A stretch of DNA of 59,948 bases, counting the filler, from Globobulimina sp. (Eukaryota), in assembly GCA_003354225.1 (NCBI GenBank). It is 10 parts of 10 records of this genome, joined end to end, with 100 filler letters (N's around TTAATTAATTAA, not from the genome) between each part and the next. Parts side by side here need not be neighbours in the genome. Positions count along the whole stretch, not along the records: positions 18,051 to 23,958 come from PIVH01000404.1; positions 24,059 to 29,965 come from PIVH01000405.1; positions 30,066 to 35,963 come from PIVH01000406.1; 7 more parts are not named here. One strand, 5' to 3'. The notes beneath the pieces were generated by a model that saw nothing but the letters and a program-made list of their open reading frames with translations, was not told the DNA's origin and searched no databases. Of this stretch, positions 22,501 through 34,245 are shown piece by piece. The translations under genes were made by a program, and so were the position numbers. Within the stretch, counting starts at the first letter, position 1; each line of letters begins with the position of its first letter.

Positions 22501-23860
22501 ATTAAATAAGACATATAATGCTCTAAATAAATATAAACAAACAATACAGTCCCATAGCTACAGAAAAACAAATAAAAATAAACCAAACAAATTTACAAAC
22601 CTCAACAAAAACCCCCTGATAATAGCAACAAAATACTGCCGAAACAATAATGAAATTAAAGCATTGACCCAAGATTTTAATAAAATGAATAAACTGCAGG
22701 TCACCTCCTCTCCTGCTTACAATTTGAAATCATTACCGATGAATTTCAATGTCATCACATCACCGGCTAACCCCTCAACGCCCACAGCTATCGATATCAC
22801 CATTGCGTTTACGGATGGATCATGTGACCCAAACCCAGGAAGAGGAGGAGCAGCCATCTATATCCCACCACAACCATCACATCCAATCGCTTTTAAAGAA
22901 ACGTACTATTTCAAAATCCCAGTGACGATCACCACTGCAGAGACTGAAGCCGTTCATATGATACTAAATTATGTACAAATCTCCCCAAATAACTCCGATA
23001 TCCATTACAAAATTTATATCGATAATTTACCACTCCTCCAATTCATAAATGGCCAGAACTATCCCAAATATAATGACACTAAAATATTAATAGAAAATAT
23101 CTTTATAAAACTCTCCCAAATTAAACAAAATAAACCAAACATTTTCATCTCATTTATAAAAATAAAATCGCATAATAATAATAAATTTAATGATGAAGTC
23201 GACCGATTGGCCAATTTCGCGGCAAAACACACAAAATATGACCAAACACTATATAATAATATCTCTTATAATACCACAATAACACAAATTCATAAACAAA
23301 TCAGATATAATTGGAGTAAAACATGGATTAATCGCAATACAAAGCCAATCCAAGATAGCTATAAAATGAATAAAATAAATCCAAAACTACATAATAAACT
23401 AAATAAAATAATTCGTCTCCTAAATAAAGATGAAGCTGCAATGTTGAATCGATTCATCTCAGGACACGTTGAATTAAACGCATTTATGTTTAAACACAAA
23501 TACAAAGACACAGACAAATCTGAAATAGTATCTCCAAACTGTACAAATTGTAATTCTAATAAACCTGAAACGATATTTCATTATTTTATTAAATGCCAAG
23601 CGTTTATCCATCAACGCAAACGAATGATTGACTCTTTCTACGATATCTGGATTGGATTTCGAGATGGGAATAGATTTAGCCTTGATGAGCTATTCTACCC
23701 CTATACCATACGTAGACCACCAGACATTGACAAGGAGCTAAATATAATGACTCAAGTAAATATTTGGAAAAACCTTCTTCGTTTTACAAAAGAAACAGGA
23801 AGATTTCAATACCTTTACCAAGTGGACCTAATGAATTTATCTCCGATCATTTCGGATTAG
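19548..23860 (+). CDS. LINE ORF2: AP endonuclease + reverse transcriptase + RNase H + C-terminal Cys-His motif; one -1 frameshift at ~19667
   Basis: APE: MVKYNILQYNVSG, (frameshift) LIQEW, AGDFN, SSIDL, SDH. RT: DFSKAYDSVWH, GVPQGSALSP, FADD, YLG. RNase H: FTDGS, AETEA, IDN, KSH...NDEVDRLA. C-terminus: CTNC...ETIFHYFIKC. Confidence 0.93.
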
Positions 23861-24058
23861 GGAGCAATATACTCTGTATTCTGCTTCAAATATTTTTATT
23901 TACCTTTGTTCATTGGTTTCGCCCCCAAATAAAAGGGCCTATATCCTTGTTTGTTTATNNNNNNNNNNNNNNNNNNNNNNNNNNNNNNNNNNNNNNNNNN
24001 NNTTAATTAATTAANNNNNNNNNNNNNNNNNNNNNNNNNNNNNNNNNNNNNNNNNNNN

Positions 24059-27000
24059 TAATTCTTCGCCAATCATTCTTTGTGGCAAATATTTATTTGT
24101 TGCCGCAATCATACATTTCGTACTTAATGCGGACGGATTTATACAATTTAAATATTGTGAGATGGAAAATCTTGATATCATATGTGTTGCCAATATATGC
24201 ACTCGAGTTCTGTCGGTGACACCATTTAATTGTATTGCTAATTCATTTTCTTTTATTTCTTCAATGCCACTTATTTGTAATGGTTTAATTACTGATAATT
24301 CCACAATTTCATTCTTATTTACGTTATATCGACCATCATCAATTAATTTACCACATTGTGTCACATAAATATTTATATCATAATCTAAATCTAAACATTT
24401 TAATATAAAATCACCACACGGCAAATTTTTAACTATTATATATCCATTTTCTGCATCATACTCTAAATACCAAGTATCGTCGCCATAGGATTTAATATAA
24501 TATTTATCAAATAAACCAAATGATAAATCATCTTTTTTAATTTTTGCTACAAAAGGAATAGACACACTTGAAGCAGTGGTCATGTTTAACATATTTGGCG
24601 TATCACATAAATTGATGCCATTATTTAAATCCCAATCACAGCGAATACCATTCACACTGCGACAATGTGCCCTCAATCGAGTATAATTTTCATTTAAATT
24701 CGATGGTAAATATATTCTGCCATTATCGTCTGTTGTCAATGAAAACGTAATACACGATTTATAATATTTTGAATCCAATCTAATCTCAATATCTTTATTT
24801 GCAATGCCTTCGCCATTTTTACCATATAACGCAACAACATACGAATTATCCACATTGGGAATCAAAAACATCTGTCCAATATTGCTGGATTTATCAATTG
24901 AATTCATTTTAAATGTTACCGATTTCGATAAGGATTGTTTCGAATTTTGGGACATATTTTGGACTTCACCTTGCAATCGAATCGCTATTGAACGCGGTTC
25001 GTTTGGCACTGTGAAGGTCGCAGTTGATTCTTTCTCATCGTATAATTGAAAATTGCTAAACGTTTTATCCACATCCACACCTTGACCGGTCTGTAACTTT
25101 ACAGATAATTTAACATTTTCTAATAATGTATTTATTCCAACACGATTATTATTTAAAAATAAGCCAGCTCTGACCACGATGGTTGCTCTTTTCTTCTCCA
25201 ATATTTGCTCTCTGTCCACATAAATACCACATTGTAACTGATATGCTTCAGCCTCGTGTTTAAAAGTAGTCAATACATTAAATGTAGGATCATCGTCTCT
25301 TTCTAATATTATATTTTGTGATGAATTTGGTCTGGTTGTAAACGGTATAAATATCTCCGATTTTGAGTTTGTTTTTTTAAAATGACCGCTCATAAATATA
25401 GAACCATTTTGAATTATTTTATTTTCTTCATCTAATAATTGAAATAAATGACCAGCCGCAGTCACTCTGCTTAGGAACCGAATGTCGCCAATTTTTATCA
25501 CACATCGTGAATGTCTTCCATTTGATAATAAATCTACAAAATATAGCCCTCTTTTACAGCTTAATTCGGTTGGAAAGGCAATGTTTATTTGTTTTTTATG
25601 ATACGAATTTTGAAGACCAATGTCGTTACTTTTCATTGACGTTTCTATTTTGGCATTTAAACCATCCAAATTCATATCGGTTTTAATTTGTTCTTCTTTG
25701 TCTCGATAGTATGATTTGGTATTAATTTCAAAGAATTTTATGCTTAAATCATGCACATTTTTTACATTGACAAATATTTCAATTTTCTCCCCTAAATTAT
25801 AATGTTTTGCGTTTTTTACATTGACAAATTCAATTAACACTTCGTCTTTTAAAGTAGTAACATAATGCCCTCCTTCTAATTCTTTTAATCTTTTAATATT
25901 TTCATCCAACTTATCTAATTCCATGGCATTATTTATGATACATCGCAAGCGCATTTTGCTAATAAATTTGCCATCAATGTATTGACTAAATGTGCTGATA
26001 ATTGTGGCTGGATTCGAAGTGGCGATATCTAGAAATTTCCTAACTTTCTCATCGGATATATTTGCTTTATTGTCGACAAAGTTTTCCCAATATTTTTGCC
26101 CTTCCGCTGTAAATATAAACTCAAAAAAGCGTTCGAAAAATGCGTTATCATTGGAATTACTGAATTGGGGCACACCATCGAATTGCGATAAAAATGAATA
26201 TGCATAAGTATAAGACATTGAATTCACACCACCCCAATGTTGTTCATTATGTGTTTTATAAAAGGCATCGCGAAATAGCACGTTATAGGGCACGGCTTTG
26301 GGAATCAATATATATTTTATAATTGCTTCTAAATCATACGCACAATCAAATAAACCTTCCGGTTCTTTGCTGTCATCTTCTTTTGTATCCAGTTCCGCGG
26401 AACCAGCGACCGACGCAATATTTTGTTTCTGTAATAAATAATAATTTTGTTCGATAAATACCATATATTGATAATATATATATGAACTAATGCTATTCGA
26501 CGAAGAATAATCGGTTTCTTGTAAATCTGGTCCATTGGCATAATTATACAATTTACAAATAAATTTCCATTTCCATTTCAGCGGGATTTCATCTGGCCAA
26601 CTTTTCCCGATATAAACACCTAATTCCAATGGCATTAATTTCTTCAAATACGCTTCAAAGAAGCCAGAGAGTGTTAATAGGTCAGGTTTGCCTTTTTTTA
26701 ATTCATCTAATTGCTCTAAGGTTAATTGTGAATGTATGCGACGGAAATTGAACCGCGGATATTCATATTTATCATCTTTTAAATCCTCCATTATCCATTC
26801 CATTATTGAGTCGTGATAGTCATCGAGAATTAATAATTTATTATAATAAGCATCTAAAATATTTTGCTTTTGTGGCAAAGATAACCTTTCTTGTTTCAAT
26901 AAAAATGGCAATGCGTTGGTTTTATAATTATTGCTAATATTTGAACTGTAATGACCAGTCACACTGTCTTTCATTTGTTTATTTAATTTATTTTGTAGCT

Positions 27001-27589
27001 CTTGTGCTGCGATAAAGGTTTTATAATTTCTGACTTGTGATTCGGGTGAATATACGCCATGCGATGGATCGGAAGGTTTTGAATAATCATATTTTGGTGA
27101 TAATCGTTTCTCGATTGTTTCAATTGATTTCGTTTGTTGATCTACATCGGAATCTGCAATGTTCCTGCAACAATTTCGAAATATTAAATCCTTTATACGC
27201 GTTGGTATAAATACGTGTCGTTTACTTTCGTCCCATTTCTGTTTTACTTTTCTGACATAATCATCAAAATCATCTTGTAATTTATTGACAACATCATTGT
27301 TAGATTTATCTTTTGTGGATTCTGCTTGCATCTCATTATCAATTTGTAGCATGGTATAATAGAATTCGTCTTCTGATCCTGGCACAAATAATGTTTTTCT
27401 TGGACTTGAATCACTTGATTTATAATCATCATCATCTGCTCCTTTTGTGTCGTCTTCATCTAATGCAGAGACTCTTGGTGTTAATAACTTTCTACGATCT
27501 GTTGAAAATACCCATTGTTCTAATGCACCGCATGGTAATCGAGACGCATCTTGCTTGGCTAAAGCAGGATATTTTAGTGGCTTTGACAT
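24059..27589 (-). CDS. Very large conserved protein (3'-truncated), resembling Dictyostelium AbpF and large Planctomycetota/Myxococcota hypothetical proteins
   Basis: Open frame over 1170 aa; motifs VPGSEDEFYY, IHSQLTLEQLDEL, VKNV..L.IKFFEINT..YYR...TDMNLDGL, RGLYFVDLLSNGRHSR. Family match is from memory only. Confidence 0.6.
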
Positions 27590-27605
27590 GATCGATTTAC
27601 GAAAT

Positions 27606-27639
27606 CTAAAGTCTAAAGTTACCTAAAGTCTAAAGTCTA
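27606..27639. repeat. Four copies of CTAAAGT in a 52-bp bidirectional intergenic region
   Basis: CTAAAGT at 27606, 27613, 27623 and 27630 between divergent ATGs at 27589 and 27642. Confidence 0.85.
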
Positions 27640-27641
27640 TA

Positions 27642-29786
27642 ATGGCTTCATCCAACTTATACATGTTTGTATTATTCGTATTCCTAGCACTAGTATCCAT
27701 ACACACCACCACAACCCTCCAATGTACAACTTCAAATTCATGTGCAGAATCACGCAAACTCTGTAATAACAATGAAAAATGCATTATACAATGTATTGGC
27801 AAAGGAGTGTGTACCAACGCACAATTTACATGTCCAACCAACAATGACTGCACATTAATTTGTGAGTCTCAAGGATCCTCTATGCCACCATGCAAAAACA
27901 TACGTTTAATAGCATACAATTCATCAAATACAGATGTAAGTGTTATATGTAGCAACACATTTTCGTGTCAGAATGTATTAGTCAATGCATCAAATGTCAA
28001 CAATCTTATTGTAATTTCAAATCAAACACAGAGTGGGCGTGATAATGATACAGTTACAGTCATAATTTATGCTGAATATATCAAAAATAATGTGAATATA
28101 ACATGTGACGGAGATAATACATGTCATAAATTAGTAATATATGCGAATTATTCCAATCATATAAATATCATAGCAACAGGTGCCAATACATTACAATCTT
28201 CAAACATTTATGCATATTATGCATCATCATTTAAATTATCATGCAACTGTATGGATAAAATAGGATGTAATTATCCATCATTGTATCTTCCATTGTCATC
28301 ATCATCAAATATAGAACTAAATTGCACAGGTTTAGGCTGTAAAACTCTTATATTATACACTATGAATGGATTCAGCGATATCAACACTTTATCTATTAAT
28401 TGCCAGTCACATTCATGCAAAAATATCCATTCATGCATGTATCTGTGGATAATGCATTGTCACTCTTCTCACTCTACTCAATCCAGCACCAATTTATTTG
28501 ACGGATCTTATTGTGATAATTCAAATTGTCAATGTATGGATTATGGCTTAAAGCTTATTCAAAACGCATGGGAAAGCAACAACATTTTGTGTAATGCGTA
28601 TAATACAACAATTATTTGTGAAAACGGTTTAAAGTGCAACATAAATTGTTCACAATCAAACTATCATTGTTCAAATGCGTTAATAAATGCATTGGATGCT
28701 AAATCTGTAAATATCACATGTTTATCCAACCGACATTGCGATTCATTGATTGTTTATTGTCCCAAAGGAAATGGAGTATGTAATTTGATGTGTTTGTATC
28801 ATGGATCGTGTGATAAAGCATTATTATATGCAACAAATGGAGATGCAATAATAAATATATATTGTCATAATACATATTCATGCAATTCAATGGAAATCCA
28901 TGCTTATAATTCGTCAAATACAGCATTATTTTGTGAGGGCAGCAATGCATGCAATGGTTTAACATTATACGCAACAAACAGTGATAATATATTAGTTGTA
29001 TGCGACTATTCATCGTCGACGTCAAATTATATATCTTCATCACCATGTTATAGTGCAACAATTCATGGCGAAAATGCAAATACGTTACAAGTACAATGCA
29101 ATGCAAATTATAGTTGTTGTAATAATTATATTTTTGCGCAAAATAGCCAACGATTATTGGTTACGGCACATGGCGATCATAGCTTATATGCACCATATAT
29201 TTATGCGCAAAATGCAGATAATTTTACTTTAACTTGTATTGGATATGATGTATATTTTGGATGTCAACAGTTATTATTGTATATTGAAGGAAGCAGCACA
29301 AACATCAATTGTATTGCTTTTGGCTGTCAAACGTTAACAATTTATGATAAGAATATTGCTAATGATATAGATAAAATATCAGTGATTGGTGATTGTGATA
29401 GTTGTAATGATACCTTTTCATGCATAATTCAATGGGATATTAAATGTGCAGCAACAAAGCAAGATTATTTTGATGGCATGTTATGTGAATCAAATGATTG
29501 TTCTTGTTTGGATTTGCAAACTAAAGTGGAAAATGGTTGGAAATATATTATAAGTGAGAAGGAAGATGAATGTTTCCAGCATAATAATAAGAAACGTTAT
29601 AAAAAAACTGCAATATCATGGAAAGTAATAATTTGTATTATTGTCTCAGTATTCATCATATTTGTTGTGATTGTAAGTATTTATATGTGTTATAACACAA
29701 AAAAACAGAAAATAAACCATATGGAGATTGCAGAAGAACCTGTTTCGAATTCATTAGAATTAACGAGTACATTATTTGTCACATAA
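27642..29786 (+). CDS. Cysteine-rich type I membrane surface protein
   Basis: Signal peptide; many Cys-spaced repeats (ITC...SC...IYA); single C-terminal TM (VIICIIVSVFIIFVVIVSIYMCY) and short tail. Confidence 0.8.
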   Translation: MASSNLYMFVLFVFLALVSIHTTTTLQCTTSNSCAESRKLCNNNEKCIIQCIGKGVCTNAQFTCPTNNDCTLICESQGSSMPPCKNIRLIAYNSSNTDVSVICSNTFSCQNVLVNASNVNNLIVISNQTQSGRDNDTVTVIIYAEYIKNNVNITCDGDNTCHKLVIYANYSNHINIIATGANTLQSSNIYAYYASSFKLSCNCMDKIGCNYPSLYLPLSSSSNIELNCTGLGCKTLILYTMNGFSDINTLSINCQSHSCKNIHSCMYLWIMHCHSSHSTQSSTNLFDGSYCDNSNCQCMDYGLKLIQNAWESNNILCNAYNTTIICENGLKCNINCSQSNYHCSNALINALDAKSVNITCLSNRHCDSLIVYCPKGNGVCNLMCLYHGSCDKALLYATNGDAIINIYCHNTYSCNSMEIHAYNSSNTALFCEGSNACNGLTLYATNSDNILVVCDYSSSTSNYISSSPCYSATIHGENANTLQVQCNANYSCCNNYIFAQNSQRLLVTAHGDHSLYAPYIYAQNADNFTLTCIGYDVYFGCQQLLLYIEGSSTNINCIAFGCQTLTIYDKNIANDIDKISVIGDCDSCNDTFSCIIQWDIKCAATKQDYFDGMLCESNDCSCLDLQTKVENGWKYIISEKEDECFQHNNKKRYKKTAISWKVIICIIVSVFIIFVVIVSIYMCYNTKKQKINHMEIAEEPVSNSLELTSTLFVT

Positions 29787-30065
29787 AAATTATTGAGCTG
29801 AAAGCAAATGAATTGCAATCAAAAAACAATATAATTGAAGAAATAAAAAAAGAACATGAGCAGCACACATGAACCTTGTTTTGGATTTTCTCAAATATAA
29901 ATTGATAATCTGGAAAATCAAAATGATCATAACTGCTGCTATAATGATGCAATCCAAATTCTTTCNNNNNNNNNNNNNNNNNNNNNNNNNNNNNNNNNNN
30001 NNNNNNNNNTTAATTAATTAANNNNNNNNNNNNNNNNNNNNNNNNNNNNNNNNNNNNNNNNNNNN

Positions 30066-30526
30066 TGATAATGCATAAATATCCCTCTATAAATTGCATT
30101 AGTATCATTTTCTAATGCTTGTTGAACAATATTTGGTGGATATAAATCTTTATTCCAATAATTTTTACATTTCATTAATGTATTTATATCAGTCTCTGGA
30201 TTATTTAATTTTTGCTTTGAAATATTTGTAGCATTCATCAATTCCCCATAACATGGCTCAAGTTTTAACATTCCGCCAGAAATATATGAACCAGTTTCTT
30301 TTTGAACTGCTAAATTACGTGATTTCTCATTGTCGAAACCAATCTCTATTTTCAGTGTTTTTGCATCAATATCAAATGACCATATTTTTCCATACGGCGC
30401 AAATTTTGATCTTAAATCAATTTCTAATTCGTATGCATCGCTAACATTTTTAATTCCTTTAATTATCAATGCATGCAAAACAATTGGAGACCTATCTGTT
30501 GTTTGATTTCTCGATAAGAAGGACAT
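30066..30526 (-). CDS. RRM-like domain protein, 3'-truncated
   Basis: ALIIKGI...DLRSKFAPYGKI...EIGFDNEKSRNLAV...G.YISGGMLKLE follows the RRM pattern. Confidence 0.55.
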
Positions 30527-30853
30527 TATCAACAGAAACTTTTTCCGCACACCAGAATCTTCAAAACTTTATTGTAAATTGTAATATATCGTTAAACTAG
30601 AAACTAAATTCGTTGAATACATACAATACAAATTGGTGAACGTGAACGTGGTGATTAAAACATAGTTTACATCAAAACAATGAAACAACATAATAAACAA
30701 AATAATATAAATCTAAAAAGAATAAAATATATAAATTTGTTTTTTTCGCTCTAATATAAAATAAAATGCTGAAAATGACATATTATATATAACACACAAT
30801 ATAAAATATAAAAACACAACAACATAAAAGATAAACATAAACAACGCTGTCAA

Positions 30854-33800
30854 CTAATCACCAAGGAACCGAAAATTATCATCCACCGCCGAATGTGTTG
30901 GTGTATGTTCAAAAAACGGATGATTTTCATTGGAATCATTGATCTGAAACTCCGCAACAACCTGTCTTAGCCATATAGGAGCTGTGACGTGCGCAGTGGT
31001 CTTGGTTCGTTTGTGTGCCACCGACTTGGTCAATTTATACGGAATTGTCTTCTTAATGCAGGTTCCGAACAATTTCTCCACATTCTTGCCCGTCTTCGCA
31101 GAACAATTTATAATGTCAATATAGCGAATATCATTTTATCTGGTTTCTTCCTTCGCATTTTCTTACCTTTCTTCCTTTTCCTTTTTCTATCCCGTGGTGT
31201 ATTAAACGGATCGCCCGGATGTGATATTTGATTCGTATGATACACCTTCACCACAGCCAATAAATCCGATGATTTTTTTACATTTTTTTTCCTCATTTTT
31301 GGATGGCTTTCATGCAAATCACTCTCCTCTTCGTCGGATTCCTCATACTCAGAATCTGACCCTTTATTATCCTTTTCGTCATAGATAAAAGATAAAGTCG
31401 GTGGTTGCAACATTGTATTGTTAATCCGACGGTGTTTATCCATATATTCCTCCTCCTCATCACCCACTTCATCCCCATCACTGTCCCCATCACCATCATC
31501 CATCTCCAATTCAGGGAAATTTTCGTCAATGATAGGCGATAATTTTTTGAATAATATCTTGCGGAGTTCCTTTTTTTTAAACTGTTTCTTGGATTTGTCC
31601 ATTTCGCACTTATTCACCGCAAATATCAATGGTATATATTCGCGTTCTATGTTTTCCTTCGCTGCGTTACTATGCGACCGCGCACGTTTTCTTTTCCTTT
31701 TTTTCGACTTATAATATAGCGAATTTTTGAGGAAAGTTTGATATTTGTCAATGGCGTCTTGAATGCTTGATTTCTTACAACAATCCACCACCAAAATGAT
31801 GGCATTTACATCATTGAACAGCTCTTCCTCCGTGGGATGAAAGCCCATGTCGACGATATCCAGCGTGATTTCCAATTTCATGGAGGTTTTGCGTATATCC
31901 TTATTCGTATTGCTTGTGTCCACTTTAGGCAGTGTAAACTGACCATAATCGGTGATGGACTTATTGTCGCCATGATGCCCTATTGTTTTATTACTGTGAT
32001 AGTCAAATAAACCCACACCGAGCTGATTGTTATTATGCTCCTCAATGTCCTCATCCATTGGAGGTGTACCAGTATCATCCATCCGTGACAACTTATACTT
32101 GTCATCATGCCCCATTCCATAATCATATTCAGCTCCAAATTCGGCATTTTTATCCGCTTCGTCCCACGGATCCGTGTCAATGGCATTAAACCCCAGCGCT
32201 GCCGGAGGAGATTTATTATCCACATCAAACAGCAAACCATCCATCAAATCAGCATTCTTATCTTGCTCGATCTCCTCCAGCAAATCAATGGGTACTTCGC
32301 ACTTAAAATGCCACTGCGCGGCGCCTAACGTCATCTTGTAATGCGAGAAGAACTTATTCTTCACAAAACGACGGATTATCGCGGTTTTGCCCACACGCGA
32401 TCGCCCCATCACCACCACTTTAAACGTCTGCTGACAGGGCGTGGCCGCCGATATTTTGCGCGCATTATCCGTGTTGAGCGCCATTGTGGGGAACGTCAAG
32501 GCTCTGTCGCGTCTGTATTGATATAGCATTTGCGAATTTGCGTGTAAGTCTGCACAGAGACATTTGACATACTCAGTAGGCGAATTGCGTGCAGATTGCG
32601 ACGCATTCCTTGGAAATGGAGGTGTCGTGGATATAATAATAGGAGCGGGTGGCACAGATTTGCTCGGTACCATATCATTCATCGCACGTTTCTCACAAAC
32701 ATCCTCCGCATTCATTTCAAGTGATAATGAATTTGAGTATTCCAGGGATATATTTTCAAAATGCGTGCCATGTTTTGGTGGTTTTGGCGACACTGTTAAC
32801 AGTGATTTTAATTTCTTGATACTTGAGCGCGATTTGTTGGGTGGCTTATACGAGCTGGGCGATACCGTTATATTTTGTTCTTGTAAATGCTCCATATAGG
32901 CATTTCTATTACTTTTCTGTTCCACATCCACTGAAATATGCAGAGTGGCAATAGGTTTATTAGGCGGCAATGACACCGACTTTGTCGTTTTTATTTTTAT
33001 ATCTTCCAATGGAACACCACCAAATACATTGTCGTCGATATCAGAGGTATCAGACTCTGCGATCATTATCACACTTTGTTTGGCATTGCCATCAGTTTTT
33101 TTCTTTGCATTTTCCTGTTCATCGTCGTTATACGTTTCGTCGGAGGGATTGAGAAACATCAATTTGAGTGGATAGTCAATGTCTTCTTCTTTGGTTTCGT
33201 TGCTGTGATCATTGTTGTTCTCTTTTATTTCATTCTCACTGTTGCTCATATTGTCATCTCTGGTGCAGGTCGAAGAATAATAGGGCGCTGACTCAGATTT
33301 CTTCAATTTTATAGACACCAATTTCTTTTTATGAGTGGTGCAAGCACTGCTACTGTAGGCAGTTAATGATGGCATATTACTGCTATTGTTATCAGATAGA
33401 ATCGCATATAAATCTTCCTTCCGTGTAAATATAGCGTTGCCTTGCTCGCATTTAAAATATTGCACACCGTCCACAGAGCCATTTGGCGAATGCATTGCAT
33501 TTGGATTTATGTTATGAGCTTTGGGGGTTTTATTTATTTCAATGCCATACCAGATGCCTGGATTAAAGGCAACCAATCCAGCAAAACGTACAGTGCCTAT
33601 GCCGTATGGTGGTGGTAACTGGACGGCTGAATTTAGAGATATTTTTATTTTATGTTTTGATTTTGATTTTGAGATTATTTGTAGAATTTGCTCGTGTTGT
33701 ACGAAACATCCATGTTTAGATTCACATTCAAAGTATTTGCGTTTTTTATATGTTCCGTCATTTTTGCCAATGGATGAATCAAATGATATTCCATACCATT

Positions 33801-33894
33801 GTCCTTTGTGTGATTCAACAGACCCATAAAAAAGTACTGTTCCCATATTCAAATTGTTTTGGTTTTTTGAATGGTCTTTCAATTTCACTTTCAC
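30854..33894 (-). CDS. Tandem CAP-Gly + Ras-superfamily GTPase-like protein; 1-nt frameshift at ~31135; start codon uncertain
   Basis: CAP-Gly1 GQWYGI...GKNDGT...YFEC...GCFV; CAP-Gly2 GIWYGIE...NGSVDGVQYFKC. G1 GRSRVGKT, G2 YKMTLG, G3-like IVDMG, G4 NKCE; G5 CSAKTGKNVEKLF is in the -1 frame, ending at 30854. Confidence 0.8.
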
Positions 33895-34245
33895 CTTATT
33901 AATAGAGATTATTTTACTGTGACATATGCACTCAATGACAATGTTTCATGTAACACACTTTATCTCCCAATGTGACCTTCAGATTGAACATTATTCACAA
34001 CAATACAACAGGAAAGAATAGGAAATATTGCTGGGAAAATGTAAAGTTTTTAAGTAAATAATATTAAAAGTAATAGCAGATAATAATATAGATAAAATAA
34101 GATAAGATAAGTCACATAAAACATTAGGATGATTTTCGAAAGCTACGGTGTTATCCACAACACAAAAACACCCATACAGTGATGAGCAATAAATACATTG
34201 AAACACAAAGTGAACAAAACATTCGGTTCATGGCTAGATGCAGTG

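Larger units (their letters stand above)
18051..23958 (+). mobile_element. Non-LTR retrotransposon (LINE; APE-RT-RNase H, I-group-like) filling the contig
   Basis: ORF1-like region, intervening ORF, ORF2 with APE/RT/RNase H/Cys-His motif, short 3' UTR; A/C-rich plus strand unlike host genes. Confidence 0.92.

Noticed and set aside
20110-22586. Antisense ORFs within LINE ORF2, and similar shadow ORFs opposite other long genes
   Set aside because: By-products of strand compositional bias, with no recognisable motifs.
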